64,000 nt of DNA from an uncultured delta proteobacterium (GCA_963848295.1 CAWKDB010000002.1:480001-544000); one strand, 5' to 3'; counted from the first letter of the stretch, positions 1 to 12,086 are shown. The notes: a model not told the origin generated them from the letters alone. Numbers and translations are program-made.

Positions 1-3000
1 ATGTGGTACCGGCTCAAGGAGCCGATGGATGCGACCGTCGAGGAGATCGCGAACGCGCTGCTCGGCGCGCCGACCGAGGCGTACCGAGTCACGAACGCGC
101 ACCCGCTGTACGGCGTCGACAAGCAGAACAACGACGAGTTCTATGGCAGCCCCGGCACGTCGAGCGCGGCTAACCAGCTGCTCGTCAACGAGCCGACGCT
201 ACGCGACGAGGCCGCGTTGTCGCAGGCCGGCGGCGGAAAACCCTCGCGGTCGGGCGCGAAGATCCTCGAGCAGATGCGCCTCAACGCGACGCTGCTCGGC
301 AAGTCGATCTACGGCAATGCGATCAAGTTTGGGCCCGACGTCGCCGATGTCTTGGTCGCCGCAGCCCAGCGGATCAACGACCGCGCGGCCCAACTCTCGC
401 TCGCGAAAGAGCCGGATATCCAGAAGTGGGATGCGCAGGTCACCCAGCAGCAAGATCTGCTCGGCAAGGGTTCGCGCGGGTTGCAGGCCGACGTGCTCCG
501 CCTCCAGATGTACGCGACCCAATTCGACACCAAGCTTGGCGAGGACCCGGGCGCGAACAAGTTGCCCGACGAACATCGCAACGCGCTTCACGAGGACGTA
601 TCGCTGTGGTGCCAGGCGCTCGCCATGACCGACATGGTGGCGAGCGCGACCGCCGCATTGCAGACCGCGGCGCGGCATTCGGCGACGCTCGAAACGCAGA
701 TCCTCGAGCGCCAGCTCGATATCGCGCAGAGTGCGAGCTACGCCGCAAAAGATTCGGGCACGACAAAGTCCGACACCAACGTCGACTCGCTGCCGTCGCG
801 CGAGCTCGAGGCGCGGCAGAAGCTCGCGGCGGTCCGGGCTCAGGCGCTCACCGATCCGTCCGCGATGACCGACCCGAAGACGATCGCGCTCAACGCCGAC
901 GCCAGCCAGAACGCGCGCGACCTGGTGTTCGAGTCCTCGGTGATCGCGCAGGCCGCGCAGCTCGATGCCGCGTGGAAGATGCTCGACGATATGGACGGCA
1001 CGCTGTCTAACCTGACCGGTGATCACGGCGACCTCGCCGCCCTGAAGAGCGAGGGCAAGCGCTACTACGTCCGGTGGACCAACATCTACAGCCAGATCAC
1101 GAAGATCCCGCGAGACCCGGCGGCCGCGAAGACCGCGAAGGCGAACGCGCGCCAGGACTACGAGAAGCTGGTCGCGACCCCCGACTTCCAGACGTTCATG
1201 AACCGCGTGCAGACGCTGGTCAAGGACACCCAGAAGCACCATCTGATCGCGACGATCATCGCGACCGTCGTCATCACGGTCGTGACGATGGGAGCCGGCC
1301 TCGTCGTCGAGGGCCTCGTCGGCGGCGGCGCGGTCGCGGCCGAGGTGGCCGATGGCGTCGAGGTCACGACCGAGGTCGCGTCGGCCGCGCGCAATGCGCG
1401 CATCGCCGGGATGGTCGCGAACGCGGCGACCGGCGCCGTCCTCAACCAGCTCATCTTCGCGAAGTCCGTGACGATCAAGGGCATCGCCGCCGACTTCGGC
1501 CGCAACATGCTGCTGTTCGGCGCATTCAAGATGGTGTCGGCTGGCTTCAAGATGGCGGGGCTCGCCAAGATCGCGGAGGCCGGCCTCAAGCCGGGCGCGA
1601 CCGCTGCCGACGTCATGAAGGGCGGCGGCGTGATGATCGGAGAGGCCGTGCTCAACGGCGGCGTCGGCGCACTCGAGGCGCTGTGCGAGGCGAAGCTGAG
1701 CCAGGCGATGGGTGGCAAGCCGCTCACCCAGGAGGAGGCCGAATCGATCGTCCTGCACAACGTCGTGCAGATGGTCGGGCTCGCGATGTTCTCGCGGTTC
1801 ATGAACTCGCCGATGCAGGCGCTCAAGATCAAGGCCGCGTTCCAGGGGCAAAACTGGCGACGCGCGGTCGCGCTGCGCAGCGCGAACCGGTCCGCGATGA
1901 CGGCGCTCGGCGCCGGCGAGCATACGTCGACCGAGATCGTCGCCGCCGCGAAGAAAGAGTCTCAGCTGATCGAGGTCGAGACCCAAGCGCTCGAGGAGCT
2001 CAAGGCGCAGGGCGACAAGGCGCTCGAGGGCACCGGCTACACCGAGGCACGACTAGACGGTCAGATCGCGACCCTCAAGGGCTATGGCGCCAAGGCGCGC
2101 GGCTTCCAGTTCGCGTTCGGGATGACGGAGGTCGGCGACGGCCTCTACACCGCGCCGCGAGCGCAGGTCGCGGACATGATGAACGCCCAGGCTGGCATCC
2201 TCGAGAAACCACCGACGGTCGAGAGCAAGGACCCGAGCACGGGCGCGCGCACGTGGGTCTTGCAGCCGAAAGACGGCGACGCGTTCCGGGTCCAGGAAGA
2301 GATGCCGGAGTGGAGCTACAAGACCGCCGCCGGCAAGGAGCTCGTGCAGGTCATCGAGCGCAACCCGGGCATGGCGTGGGTGTTCGAGGCGCCGCAGGCA
2401 CAGATCGACGCGATGGTCGACTACCAGCGCACGCTGTCGACGAACGATCCCAAAGCGGTGGCCGCAGCCGACCAACGGCTAAGCAAGGCCATCACGAAGA
2501 ACCAATTCGAGGAGGTCTCCGCCGCGATCAAGGCGTTCGCGAGGTGGCAGAGCGCCGCCGACCAAGCCGACGAACGCCAGGCGCTGATCGACGGCAAGCC
2601 GCTCGACGCCGCCCAACGCGAGCACCTCGAGGCCGAGCTTCGCCGCCAGGTGCCGGACATCCGGCTCATGGACGCCGTGCAGAACCGCGGCGCGAAGACG
2701 GTGCTGTCGGTGTTGGTGCCGGGCGGCGGAGAGTCCGGCATCAAGGCAATGAACGACGACATGATCGGCTACGGCATGAACTCCGGCTCTCTGATCCCGG
2801 CGCGCAATCGGATCATCAGCGACGCGTTCTCGCGCCAGGGCTTCGAGATCGTCGATCAGGGCTACAAGATGACGACGCTCACGACGACGATGCCGGCCGA
2901 GCAGACCGCAGGAAAGATCAGGATCGCGCTCGCCGAGATCGATCAGGGCATGAAGCCGCTGCTGATGAGGGTGCTCGGGGACGGCATCGCGCACTTCACC

Positions 3001-4446
3001 GTCGAGAAGTCCCAGCTCTCGCCGAAGGATCCGAACTACGCGGTGTACGAGAAGCGAATCGCGAAGATGACCGCACTCCGCGCGAAGATCGCGTCGAATC
3101 CAGACTTTCACTTCGATTTCCATATCGGCGAGTCCGAGATCGCCGGCGCGGGGCCGGGCCAGAAGCCCGACTACGCCGCCGTGCTCGCCGCCGAGATGGA
3201 TGCGTCTAAGGCCGCGATCATGGCACGCGACGCCAAGGTCACGAGTGGCCGAACGGCGGACACCGACGGGCGTGCGATGGTCTATTCGAAGGCGACGTTC
3301 ATCACGTTCTGCAAAGAGACGGTGGCGCTCAAGGCCAAGCTCGCCGGAGCGGAGCTCCCTTACGAAGGACGTGTGGTCCGCGTGTTCGCCGGTGACGGCG
3401 AGATCAATCACGACCTGCTCCGTGCGATCCGCAAGCAGTCGTACAAGGAGAAGCTCTCGGCTGCACAGTCCAAGATCCTCGAGGACCTCGGCCAGTACAT
3501 CACGCGGGTCAACTCGTTCGACTACGTGAAGCAGTTCACCGGTGACGAGGTCGCGAACCAGGGCACCGAGGTCGACGAGACCGCGGCGCTGATCAAGAAG
3601 CTGCAGAGCGGCGAGCCGATCGATCGCGACACGGCGGCGAAGATCGACCAGGTCCTACGTGGCTCGAACGGGATCGCGCAGCAGGATGCCGGCAGCGAGG
3701 CGCAGTACTTCGCGAAGGCTGCGAAGCTGCAGAACCGCATCGTGCTGAACGCGGACATCAAAGACATGGGCCTGGACCTGTTCGACGGCTACGCGAAGAC
3801 GATGGACAGCGTCGGCTCGGGCAAGGCGACCAACCTCGACGCCGCGTCGGCGTCGGCGAGTGACCCCATCGTCGAGTTCAAGCGCCACGCGTCGGAGGAC
3901 TTCGTGCGCTACTACAAGACCGACCTGATGACGAAGGCGCGCAACCTGGCGCAGCCTCGAGAAGACGGCCGCGTGCTGCTCGACGCGCTCGACCGCGAGA
4001 CCGAGCCGGTGCTGCTGCTCGGTGGTGACGAGGTCACCGTCTCGCTCGGCAGCGTATTCGAGGAGCTCGGTCTGGTACCGGAGATCGTCGCGAAGCTGAC
4101 CGATCCGAAGGTCGCGAACGCACGCGTCGCGGTGACTCGTACCGGCGCGGGCGACGGCGCGGCCGAGCACGAGTTGGCGATGGACCGCGGCAACGCGGGC
4201 CAGGGCCTGCTCAAGAAGACCGCCGAGCCTTACGCGCGCAGCCTCGACACCGCCGCGAAGTCGCTGTCCGGCGATCAGGCGGCACAGGCGCATGCGCTGG
4301 TCGACCTGTTCAATGGCATGTACACGGTCGAGCAAGATGGCCAACCCGTGCTCGTCGACAAGACCGGTACTCCGGTCGACTGGCCGGCAGTCCAGAAGCG
4401 CGCTGCAGGACTCATCAAGGCCGGCGGCGGCGAGGTGCCGCATTGA
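1..4446 (+). CDS. Giant polymorphic-toxin-like protein (probably 5'-truncated by the window): helical N-region, hydrophobic putative translocation region, C-terminal tandem GGDEF/Palm-like domains
   Basis: 1481-aa ORF from base 1 with strong GC3 bias. Hydrophobic stretch LIATIIATVVITVVTMGAGLVV at ~1243. Motifs GIKAMNDDMIGY (2737), NADIKDMG (3748) and LLLGGDEV (4012-4035). Small coupled genes follow. Confidence 0.6.
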   Translation: MWYRLKEPMDATVEEIANALLGAPTEAYRVTNAHPLYGVDKQNNDEFYGSPGTSSAANQLLVNEPTLRDEAALSQAGGGKPSRSGAKILEQMRLNATLLGKSIYGNAIKFGPDVADVLVAAAQRINDRAAQLSLAKEPDIQKWDAQVTQQQDLLGKGSRGLQADVLRLQMYATQFDTKLGEDPGANKLPDEHRNALHEDVSLWCQALAMTDMVASATAALQTAARHSATLETQILERQLDIAQSASYAAKDSGTTKSDTNVDSLPSRELEARQKLAAVRAQALTDPSAMTDPKTIALNADASQNARDLVFESSVIAQAAQLDAAWKMLDDMDGTLSNLTGDHGDLAALKSEGKRYYVRWTNIYSQITKIPRDPAAAKTAKANARQDYEKLVATPDFQTFMNRVQTLVKDTQKHHLIATIIATVVITVVTMGAGLVVEGLVGGGAVAAEVADGVEVTTEVASAARNARIAGMVANAATGAVLNQLIFAKSVTIKGIAADFGRNMLLFGAFKMVSAGFKMAGLAKIAEAGLKPGATAADVMKGGGVMIGEAVLNGGVGALEALCEAKLSQAMGGKPLTQEEAESIVLHNVVQMVGLAMFSRFMNSPMQALKIKAAFQGQNWRRAVALRSANRSAMTALGAGEHTSTEIVAAAKKESQLIEVETQALEELKAQGDKALEGTGYTEARLDGQIATLKGYGAKARGFQFAFGMTEVGDGLYTAPRAQVADMMNAQAGILEKPPTVESKDPSTGARTWVLQPKDGDAFRVQEEMPEWSYKTAAGKELVQVIERNPGMAWVFEAPQAQIDAMVDYQRTLSTNDPKAVAAADQRLSKAITKNQFEEVSAAIKAFARWQSAADQADERQALIDGKPLDAAQREHLEAELRRQVPDIRLMDAVQNRGAKTVLSVLVPGGGESGIKAMNDDMIGYGMNSGSLIPARNRIISDAFSRQGFEIVDQGYKMTTLTTTMPAEQTAGKIRIALAEIDQGMKPLLMRVLGDGIAHFTVEKSQLSPKDPNYAVYEKRIAKMTALRAKIASNPDFHFDFHIGESEIAGAGPGQKPDYAAVLAAEMDASKAAIMARDAKVTSGRTADTDGRAMVYSKATFITFCKETVALKAKLAGAELPYEGRVVRVFAGDGEINHDLLRAIRKQSYKEKLSAAQSKILEDLGQYITRVNSFDYVKQFTGDEVANQGTEVDETAALIKKLQSGEPIDRDTAAKIDQVLRGSNGIAQQDAGSEAQYFAKAAKLQNRIVLNADIKDMGLDLFDGYAKTMDSVGSGKATNLDAASASASDPIVEFKRHASEDFVRYYKTDLMTKARNLAQPREDGRVLLDALDRETEPVLLLGGDEVTVSLGSVFEELGLVPEIVAKLTDPKVANARVAVTRTGAGDGAAEHELAMDRGNAGQGLLKKTAEPYARSLDTAAKSLSGDQAAQAHALVDLFNGMYTVEQDGQPVLVDKTGTPVDWPAVQKRAAGLIKAGGGEVPH

Positions 4447-5021
4447 TGTTGCCGACCACGTCCGAGCTCGACGCGATGCTGCAGCGCTACTTCATCGGCG
4501 CCACGCCCGCGCACGCGGCCGCACTGCTCGTCGACCTCGAGAAGGTGCTCGGCGATCCGGCTCGCCACGCGGGCGAAGCCGGTAGCTTCGATCCCGCCAA
4601 CGGCGGCAGGTGCTACGGCCAGGCCTGGCGCGAGGAGCTGGCGTACGACCACCGGCGGCCGAACGAGCTCGAGATGGCGGCGTGGCTCGCGGCGACGTCG
4701 AAGGGCTATCCCGCGCCGCGGCCCTATTGCCCCGAGGTGTTCGTCGGCGCTTGGCGCCAGATCGAGCCGGTCGTGGAGCCCGCGCCGCGCTGGGAGCTCG
4801 CGCTCGACGGCGGGTTCAAGACGGACGAGCAGATGTTGCGTATCCGCGAGGCTTGGTGCTTGCACCGCGAAGGCCACGAGTCGTTCGTCGGCGACGCGAT
4901 CTGGCTCTACGACAACATGCGCGTCGGTCATCGGATCTTGGCGGTGCTCGGGATAGCGCCAGGCTCCCTCGAGGTGCATGCGTCGGGAGCGCGATCCTCG
5001 TATAAGCTCGTGAGGTCATGA
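4446..5021 (+). CDS. Hypothetical protein, candidate immunity protein
   Basis: ATG overlaps the upstream stop (TGATG at 4444-4448); ~191 aa, Trp-rich, no recognised family. Confidence 0.6.
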   Translation: MLPTTSELDAMLQRYFIGATPAHAAALLVDLEKVLGDPARHAGEAGSFDPANGGRCYGQAWREELAYDHRRPNELEMAAWLAATSKGYPAPRPYCPEVFVGAWRQIEPVVEPAPRWELALDGGFKTDEQMLRIREAWCLHREGHESFVGDAIWLYDNMRVGHRILAVLGIAPGSLEVHASGARSSYKLVRS

Positions 5022-5308
5022 CCGTGCAGCAGATCCGGGCGCTCGGATTCGAGTGGCCCGGCAACGAGTCACTCGATCAATACGCCGTGGACCGCGACGG
5101 CACCATCGATCTCGCAGCGACCCTCGAGGCGCTGCGCAAGGGTCTCGGTGTGTACCAGCGCCAGCTCGACGGAATGGCGCAGTTCAAAGGCCGCCACCGC
5201 CCCGACTCGAGCGACGTCGACGACAACGGCGAGGTGGCGCTCAAGGCAGCCGATATGCGCCAGGCGATCTCGATCGTCGAGCAGATTCGCGCGCGCGCTG
5301 GACGCTAG
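5018..5308 (+). CDS. Small hypothetical protein (96 aa), possible second immunity/accessory protein
   Basis: ATGA overlap with the preceding gene; coding-like codon usage. Confidence 0.55.
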   Translation: MTVQQIRALGFEWPGNESLDQYAVDRDGTIDLAATLEALRKGLGVYQRQLDGMAQFKGRHRPDSSDVDDNGEVALKAADMRQAISIVEQIRARAGR

Positions 5309-5346
5309 GATCCATCTCAAGAACCGATCCGGGTCCTACGGGCGGT

Positions 5347-5383
5347 GAAGGTGCAGGGAACATGACGGCGAAGCCGCACCTTC
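5347..5383. terminator. Inverted repeat between convergent genes (REP-like or bidirectional terminator)
   Basis: GAAGGTGC(5347-5354)...GCACCTTC(5376-5383) enclosing a GGC-GAA-GCC mini-hairpin; no U-tract. Confidence 0.3.
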
Positions 5384-5384
5384 G

Positions 5385-5825
5385 TTAGTAGCTCGGGCGG
5401 AACGCGAGCACATCGCGGGCGGAGAACAGCGCGCCGGTCTCGGTCAACGCGTGCGCCTTGACCGTCTCGGCGACTTCCGCGGCGGTCAGGAACCGACCGA
5501 CGACGATCGCGTCGGCACCTTCACGGAACGCGATCGGCAAGACACCAGTCGCGACGACGCGGATGTGCTGCTTGCCGTGGCGCAAGCCGAACGCGATCAC
5601 CCGCGTCTCCCGATCGTCGCCGACGGCGTAGAGCGGCCCCTCGACCACGCCGCGGACCCGCAGCTCGCCGGCTCGATCGGCTGGGCCGAGCTCGTCGACA
5701 TACTTCTGGACCACGGCGCCGCTCCCGCTCGGCGATGGCGATGGCGATGGCGGCGGCCGATCCCGGTCGGCCGCGCTACCACACGCGATCGCCACGATGC
5801 ACGCGAGGCACCAGCGCAGCTTCAC
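5385..5825 (-). CDS. CcmE-like OB-fold lipoprotein lacking the heme-ligand motif
   Basis: C-terminal part of the 604-aa shadow ORF: VKLRWCLACIVAIACG signal, LRVRGVV, GVLPIAFREGADAIVVG, FSARDVLAFRPSY; start uncertain. Confidence 0.6.
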   Translation of the reverse strand: MKLRWCLACIVAIACGSAADRDRPPPSPSPSPSGSGAVVQKYVDELGPADRAGELRVRGVVEGPLYAVGDDRETRVIAFGLRHGKQHIRVVATGVLPIAFREGADAIVVGRFLTAAEVAETVKAHALTETGALFSARDVLAFRPSY

Positions 5826-5945
5826 GGATCTATCGTAGAAGACGACCGCTGCCGGCACAAACCGAAGCATTGGCAGATCGCGCCTGGCGCGAGCCGCCGC
5901 CGTAAGGTTGTGACACCGGCACGGGCGGGCTAGATATGTCGTCGG

Positions 5946-7781
5946 GTGGCACGCAGCTCGCTCGTATATCTCCGGCCGTATCGCAAGCGGTTCGCAGCGG
6001 GCATCGCGATGCTGCTGCTGACGAACGTGTTCTTTCTCGGCGTGGCCGAGTCGCTGCGCGTCGGCATCGATCTGATCAAGCAAGGTCGGGCGGACGAGGT
6101 CTGGCCGGCCGCGCTGTGGATGGTCGGGTCGGCGTTCGCGACCGCGTTCACCCGGATCGCGTCGCGCGTGTGGATCTTCGACGCCGCTCGCGCCGCCGAG
6201 TACGACTTGCGTTCGGATCTGTTCGGCCACCTGATGACGCTGTCGCCGGCTTACTACCGGACTCATCCGACCGGCGACGTCATGTCGCGGCTGACGAACG
6301 ACGTCCAGACCGTGCGCGCGATGTGGGGCGCCGGGTTGCTCAACCTCGCGAACGCGGTGATCGCGTTCCTGACCGTGCTGACGATCATGATGTTCCACGA
6401 CCCGGTCGTCACGCTGTGGGTGATCCTGCCGTTCCCGCTGATCTACTTCACCGGCCAAGCGGTCAGCCGGCGGATCTATCGGACGAGCCGCGCGGTCCAG
6501 GCCCAGCTCGGGATGTTGTCGGCGCGGCTGCAGGAAGACCTCGGCGCGATCCAGGTGATCAAGACCTACGGGCTCGAGGACCTGCGACGCACCGGGTTCG
6601 TCGCCCGGTCGCGCAAGCTGCTCGACGAGAACATGGCCGCGGCGAAGGTCCGGATCCAGATGGGCCCGATGTTGACCACGCTCGCGTCGCTCGGCACCGC
6701 GATCCTGATCCTCGTCGGTGGCCGCGCGCTGATCGAGCTGTCCGCCGGCGGCAAGGGCATGACCACGGGCGAAGTCACCGCGTTCCAGACGTACATCGCG
6801 CGCCTCGTGTGGCCGACGCTCACGCTCGGGTTCATGCTCGCGCTCGTCCAGCGGGGCCGGGCATCGTGGAGCCGGCTGATCACGCTGCAAGACGAACAGC
6901 CCGAGATCGCCGACGGCTCGGGGCCGGCGCTCGCGGACAGCAAGCTGCCGGCGCGCGTCGAGGTCAAGGACCTGACGATCGCGATCGGCAGCCGCGCGCT
7001 CCTCGATCACGTGTCGTTCGTGCTCGAGCCCAGCACCGTCACCGCGATCGTCGGCCGCACCGGCGCGGGCAAGAGCACGTTGGTCGACGCGTTGTGCCGG
7101 CTGATCGATGTTCCGGCCAACACGGTGTTCATCGACGGCCGCGACATCACGACCGTGCCGCTCGCCTCGGCGCGCCAGCAGATCGGCTACGCGCCGCAAG
7201 AGGCATTCCTGTTCTCGACGACGATCGCGGACAACATCGCGATGGGTTACGGCGGCGGCAGTGCGATCCCGGCGGCGCGCGCCAAAGAGCTGGAGCGCGT
7301 GATCGGCGCAGCCGCGGCCGCCGATCTGCGCGACGAACCCCGCGTCGTGGCAGCGACGATCGCCGCCGGTCTCGAGCGCGACCTCGCGGTCATGCCGGAC
7401 GGACGCGCGACGATCGTCGGCGAGCGCGGCATCACGCTATCCGGCGGCCAGCGCCAGCGCGTCGCTCTCGCCCGCGCGCTCGTCGGCGCGCCGCGGCTGC
7501 TCGTGCTCGACGATTCGTTATCGTCGGTCGACGCCGACACCGAGAAGCTGATCCTGCGCAACCTGCGCGCGGTGATGGCAGGCCGGACCGCCGTCCTGAT
7601 CTCGCACCGGGTCGCCGCGATCAAAGACGCCGACCAGATCATCGTGCTCGACGAGGGCAAGATCGCCGAGCGCGGCACCCACGCGGAGCTGATCGCGAGG
7701 GCCGGCATCTACAGCGAGCTGTATCGGACCCAGCTCGATACCGAATTCGAGGTCGTCGTGGATAGCAAGGAGGCGATGTAG
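5946..7781 (+). CDS. ABC exporter TMD+NBD subunit A (MdlA/TmrAB-type heterodimer)
   Basis: 6-TM N-half, Walker A GRTGAGKS, LSGGQRQR, degenerate Walker B VLDDSLS. Confidence 0.92.
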   Translation: MARSSLVYLRPYRKRFAAGIAMLLLTNVFFLGVAESLRVGIDLIKQGRADEVWPAALWMVGSAFATAFTRIASRVWIFDAARAAEYDLRSDLFGHLMTLSPAYYRTHPTGDVMSRLTNDVQTVRAMWGAGLLNLANAVIAFLTVLTIMMFHDPVVTLWVILPFPLIYFTGQAVSRRIYRTSRAVQAQLGMLSARLQEDLGAIQVIKTYGLEDLRRTGFVARSRKLLDENMAAAKVRIQMGPMLTTLASLGTAILILVGGRALIELSAGGKGMTTGEVTAFQTYIARLVWPTLTLGFMLALVQRGRASWSRLITLQDEQPEIADGSGPALADSKLPARVEVKDLTIAIGSRALLDHVSFVLEPSTVTAIVGRTGAGKSTLVDALCRLIDVPANTVFIDGRDITTVPLASARQQIGYAPQEAFLFSTTIADNIAMGYGGGSAIPAARAKELERVIGAAAAADLRDEPRVVAATIAAGLERDLAVMPDGRATIVGERGITLSGGQRQRVALARALVGAPRLLVLDDSLSSVDADTEKLILRNLRAVMAGRTAVLISHRVAAIKDADQIIVLDEGKIAERGTHAELIARAGIYSELYRTQLDTEFEVVVDSKEAM

Positions 7782-7783
7782 CG

Positions 7784-9580
7784 ATGGCCGTCGCCCGACC
7801 TCCGCGCAACGTGTTCGAAGCCGAGGCCGTGCTCGGCAAGGCGTACGATGTCCGGCTCGTCCGCCGGCTGTGGAAGTTCATCCGCCCGCACTGGAAGCTG
7901 CTCGCCGCATGGGCGCTGTTCATGCCCTGCACGATCGCGTTCGACCTCGCACAGCCGAAGCTGTTCCAGTTCTCGTTGACGCACCACATGTTGGGTGGCG
8001 ACCGCTCCGCCTTGCCGCTCGACGCGATGTTCTACGTCCTGCTCGTCGTCGGCCAAGGCCTGTCGGGGCTCGGCGAACAGTACCTGCTGCAGCTCGCCGG
8101 CCAGCACACGATGCACGGGTTGCGGATCGCGATCTTCGATCACGTGTTGGCGCAACGCGCCGCGTTCTTCGATCGCATCCCGGTCGGTCGGCTGATGACG
8201 CGGATGACGAACGACATCGAGAGCCTGAACGAGATGTTCGCCCAGGGCGCGATCACGCTGGTCTCGGACTTCATCAAGATGCTCGCGATCCTCGGCGTGA
8301 TGCTGACGATCGATGTCGGGCTCACGCTCCTCGTGATCGCGACGCTGCCGTTGTTGATCCTGCTCGTCGAGATCGCGCGGCGGGTCATGCGGGCATCGTT
8401 CCGCCAGATTCGCGTCCGGCTCGCCGCGATGAACGCGTTCGCCCAAGAGCACCTGTCCGGCATCCGCGTCATCCAGCTGCTCGGCCGCGGCAAGATCGCC
8501 TCGCGCGAGTACGACGAGATCAACGCGGGACACCGCGACGCCTACCTCGGGCAGATCCGCGCGGACGCCGCGATGTACGCGCTGGTCGAGGCGATCGGCT
8601 CGATGGCGATCGGGCTCGTGATCTGGTTCGCCGCCGGCCACCGCAAGGACGACATCGTGACGATCGGCGTGGTCGTCGTATTCATCGACTACATCGGCCG
8701 CTTCTTCATCCCGGTACGCGACCTGTCGGCGAAGTACGCCGTCATGCAAGGCGCGATGGCCGCGAGCGAGCGCATCTTCCAGCTGCTCGACACCGACGAG
8801 CCGGATGGCGGGACGAAGCCAGCCGCGAATGCGAATCGCACGCCGAAGCTCGATGGTCCCGCGGTCGTCCTCGCCGGCGTCAAGTTCAGCTACGGCGCGG
8901 AACAAGTGTTGCGCGGCATCGACCTCACCGTGCCGCGCGGCGCGACGGTCGCGGTCGTCGGCGCCACCGGCTCGGGCAAGTCGACCGTGATCAAGATGCT
9001 GACCCGGCTGTACGACTACGACAGCGGGACGATCGAGATCGACGGCGTCGATCTCCGCGCGATCGGACTCCCCGACCTGCGGCGGCGCATCACGGTCGTG
9101 TCCCAGGACGTGACCCTGTTCGCCGGCACGCTCGCCGATAACATCACGCTCGGCAAGACCTACGACCGGAGCAAGCTCGACGAGGCCGTGCGCCGCGTCG
9201 GCCTCGATCGCGCGCTCGAGCGCCGCGGCGATGACGTCACCTGCGAGGTCGCGGAACGCGGAGGCAACTTCTCGGCCGGCGAACGCCAACTCGTCGCGTT
9301 CGCGCGCGCGCTGCTCCGCGATCCCGAGATCCTGGTGCTCGATGAAGCGACCGCCCACGTCGATCCGATCGCCGAGGAGCTGATCGAACGCGGCGTGGCC
9401 GAGCTCATGAAGGGCCGGACGACGCTCGTGATCGCGCACCGGCTGACGACGATCCGCAACGCCGACCTGATCGTCGTGATGGACAAAGGCCAGATCATCG
9501 AACAAGGCCGTCACGAAGAGCTCGTCGCGCGCGGCGGCCTCTACGCCGCACTCGAGCGCACGTTCCGCCGCCAGGACTAG
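7784..9580 (+). CDS. ABC exporter TMD+NBD subunit B (MdlB-type)
   Basis: GATGSGKS, degenerate signature FSAGERQ, VLDEATA, IAHRL; 2 bp after subunit A. Confidence 0.92.
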   Translation: MAVARPPRNVFEAEAVLGKAYDVRLVRRLWKFIRPHWKLLAAWALFMPCTIAFDLAQPKLFQFSLTHHMLGGDRSALPLDAMFYVLLVVGQGLSGLGEQYLLQLAGQHTMHGLRIAIFDHVLAQRAAFFDRIPVGRLMTRMTNDIESLNEMFAQGAITLVSDFIKMLAILGVMLTIDVGLTLLVIATLPLLILLVEIARRVMRASFRQIRVRLAAMNAFAQEHLSGIRVIQLLGRGKIASREYDEINAGHRDAYLGQIRADAAMYALVEAIGSMAIGLVIWFAAGHRKDDIVTIGVVVVFIDYIGRFFIPVRDLSAKYAVMQGAMAASERIFQLLDTDEPDGGTKPAANANRTPKLDGPAVVLAGVKFSYGAEQVLRGIDLTVPRGATVAVVGATGSGKSTVIKMLTRLYDYDSGTIEIDGVDLRAIGLPDLRRRITVVSQDVTLFAGTLADNITLGKTYDRSKLDEAVRRVGLDRALERRGDDVTCEVAERGGNFSAGERQLVAFARALLRDPEILVLDEATAHVDPIAEELIERGVAELMKGRTTLVIAHRLTTIRNADLIVVMDKGQIIEQGRHEELVARGGLYAALERTFRRQD

Positions 9581-9688
9581 CGGCCTGCGGCAGCGCTGGC
9601 GACGGCTGGGTTGTCCACCGGGGCCATCTAGCAGCTCGACCACCTGGCCTGTGTCTTGGCTCCGCCGTTTCGGTATGATCACCGACCG

Positions 9689-12082
<2,394 letters not shown>

Positions 12083-12086
12083 AGCG

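Noticed and set aside
3736..4230. Cas10 / type III CRISPR interpretation of the DxxDMG...GGDE motifs
   Set aside because: No HD domain, Zn finger, cas/csm/cmr genes or array in the window; only fold-level similarity is proposed.
5946..9580. Degenerate ABC motifs (LDDS, FSAGE) as a sign of decay, or the exporter as the toxin's secretion route
   Set aside because: An asymmetric degenerate site is normal for heterodimeric exporters. There is no adaptor, TolC or C39 domain to suggest type I secretion.
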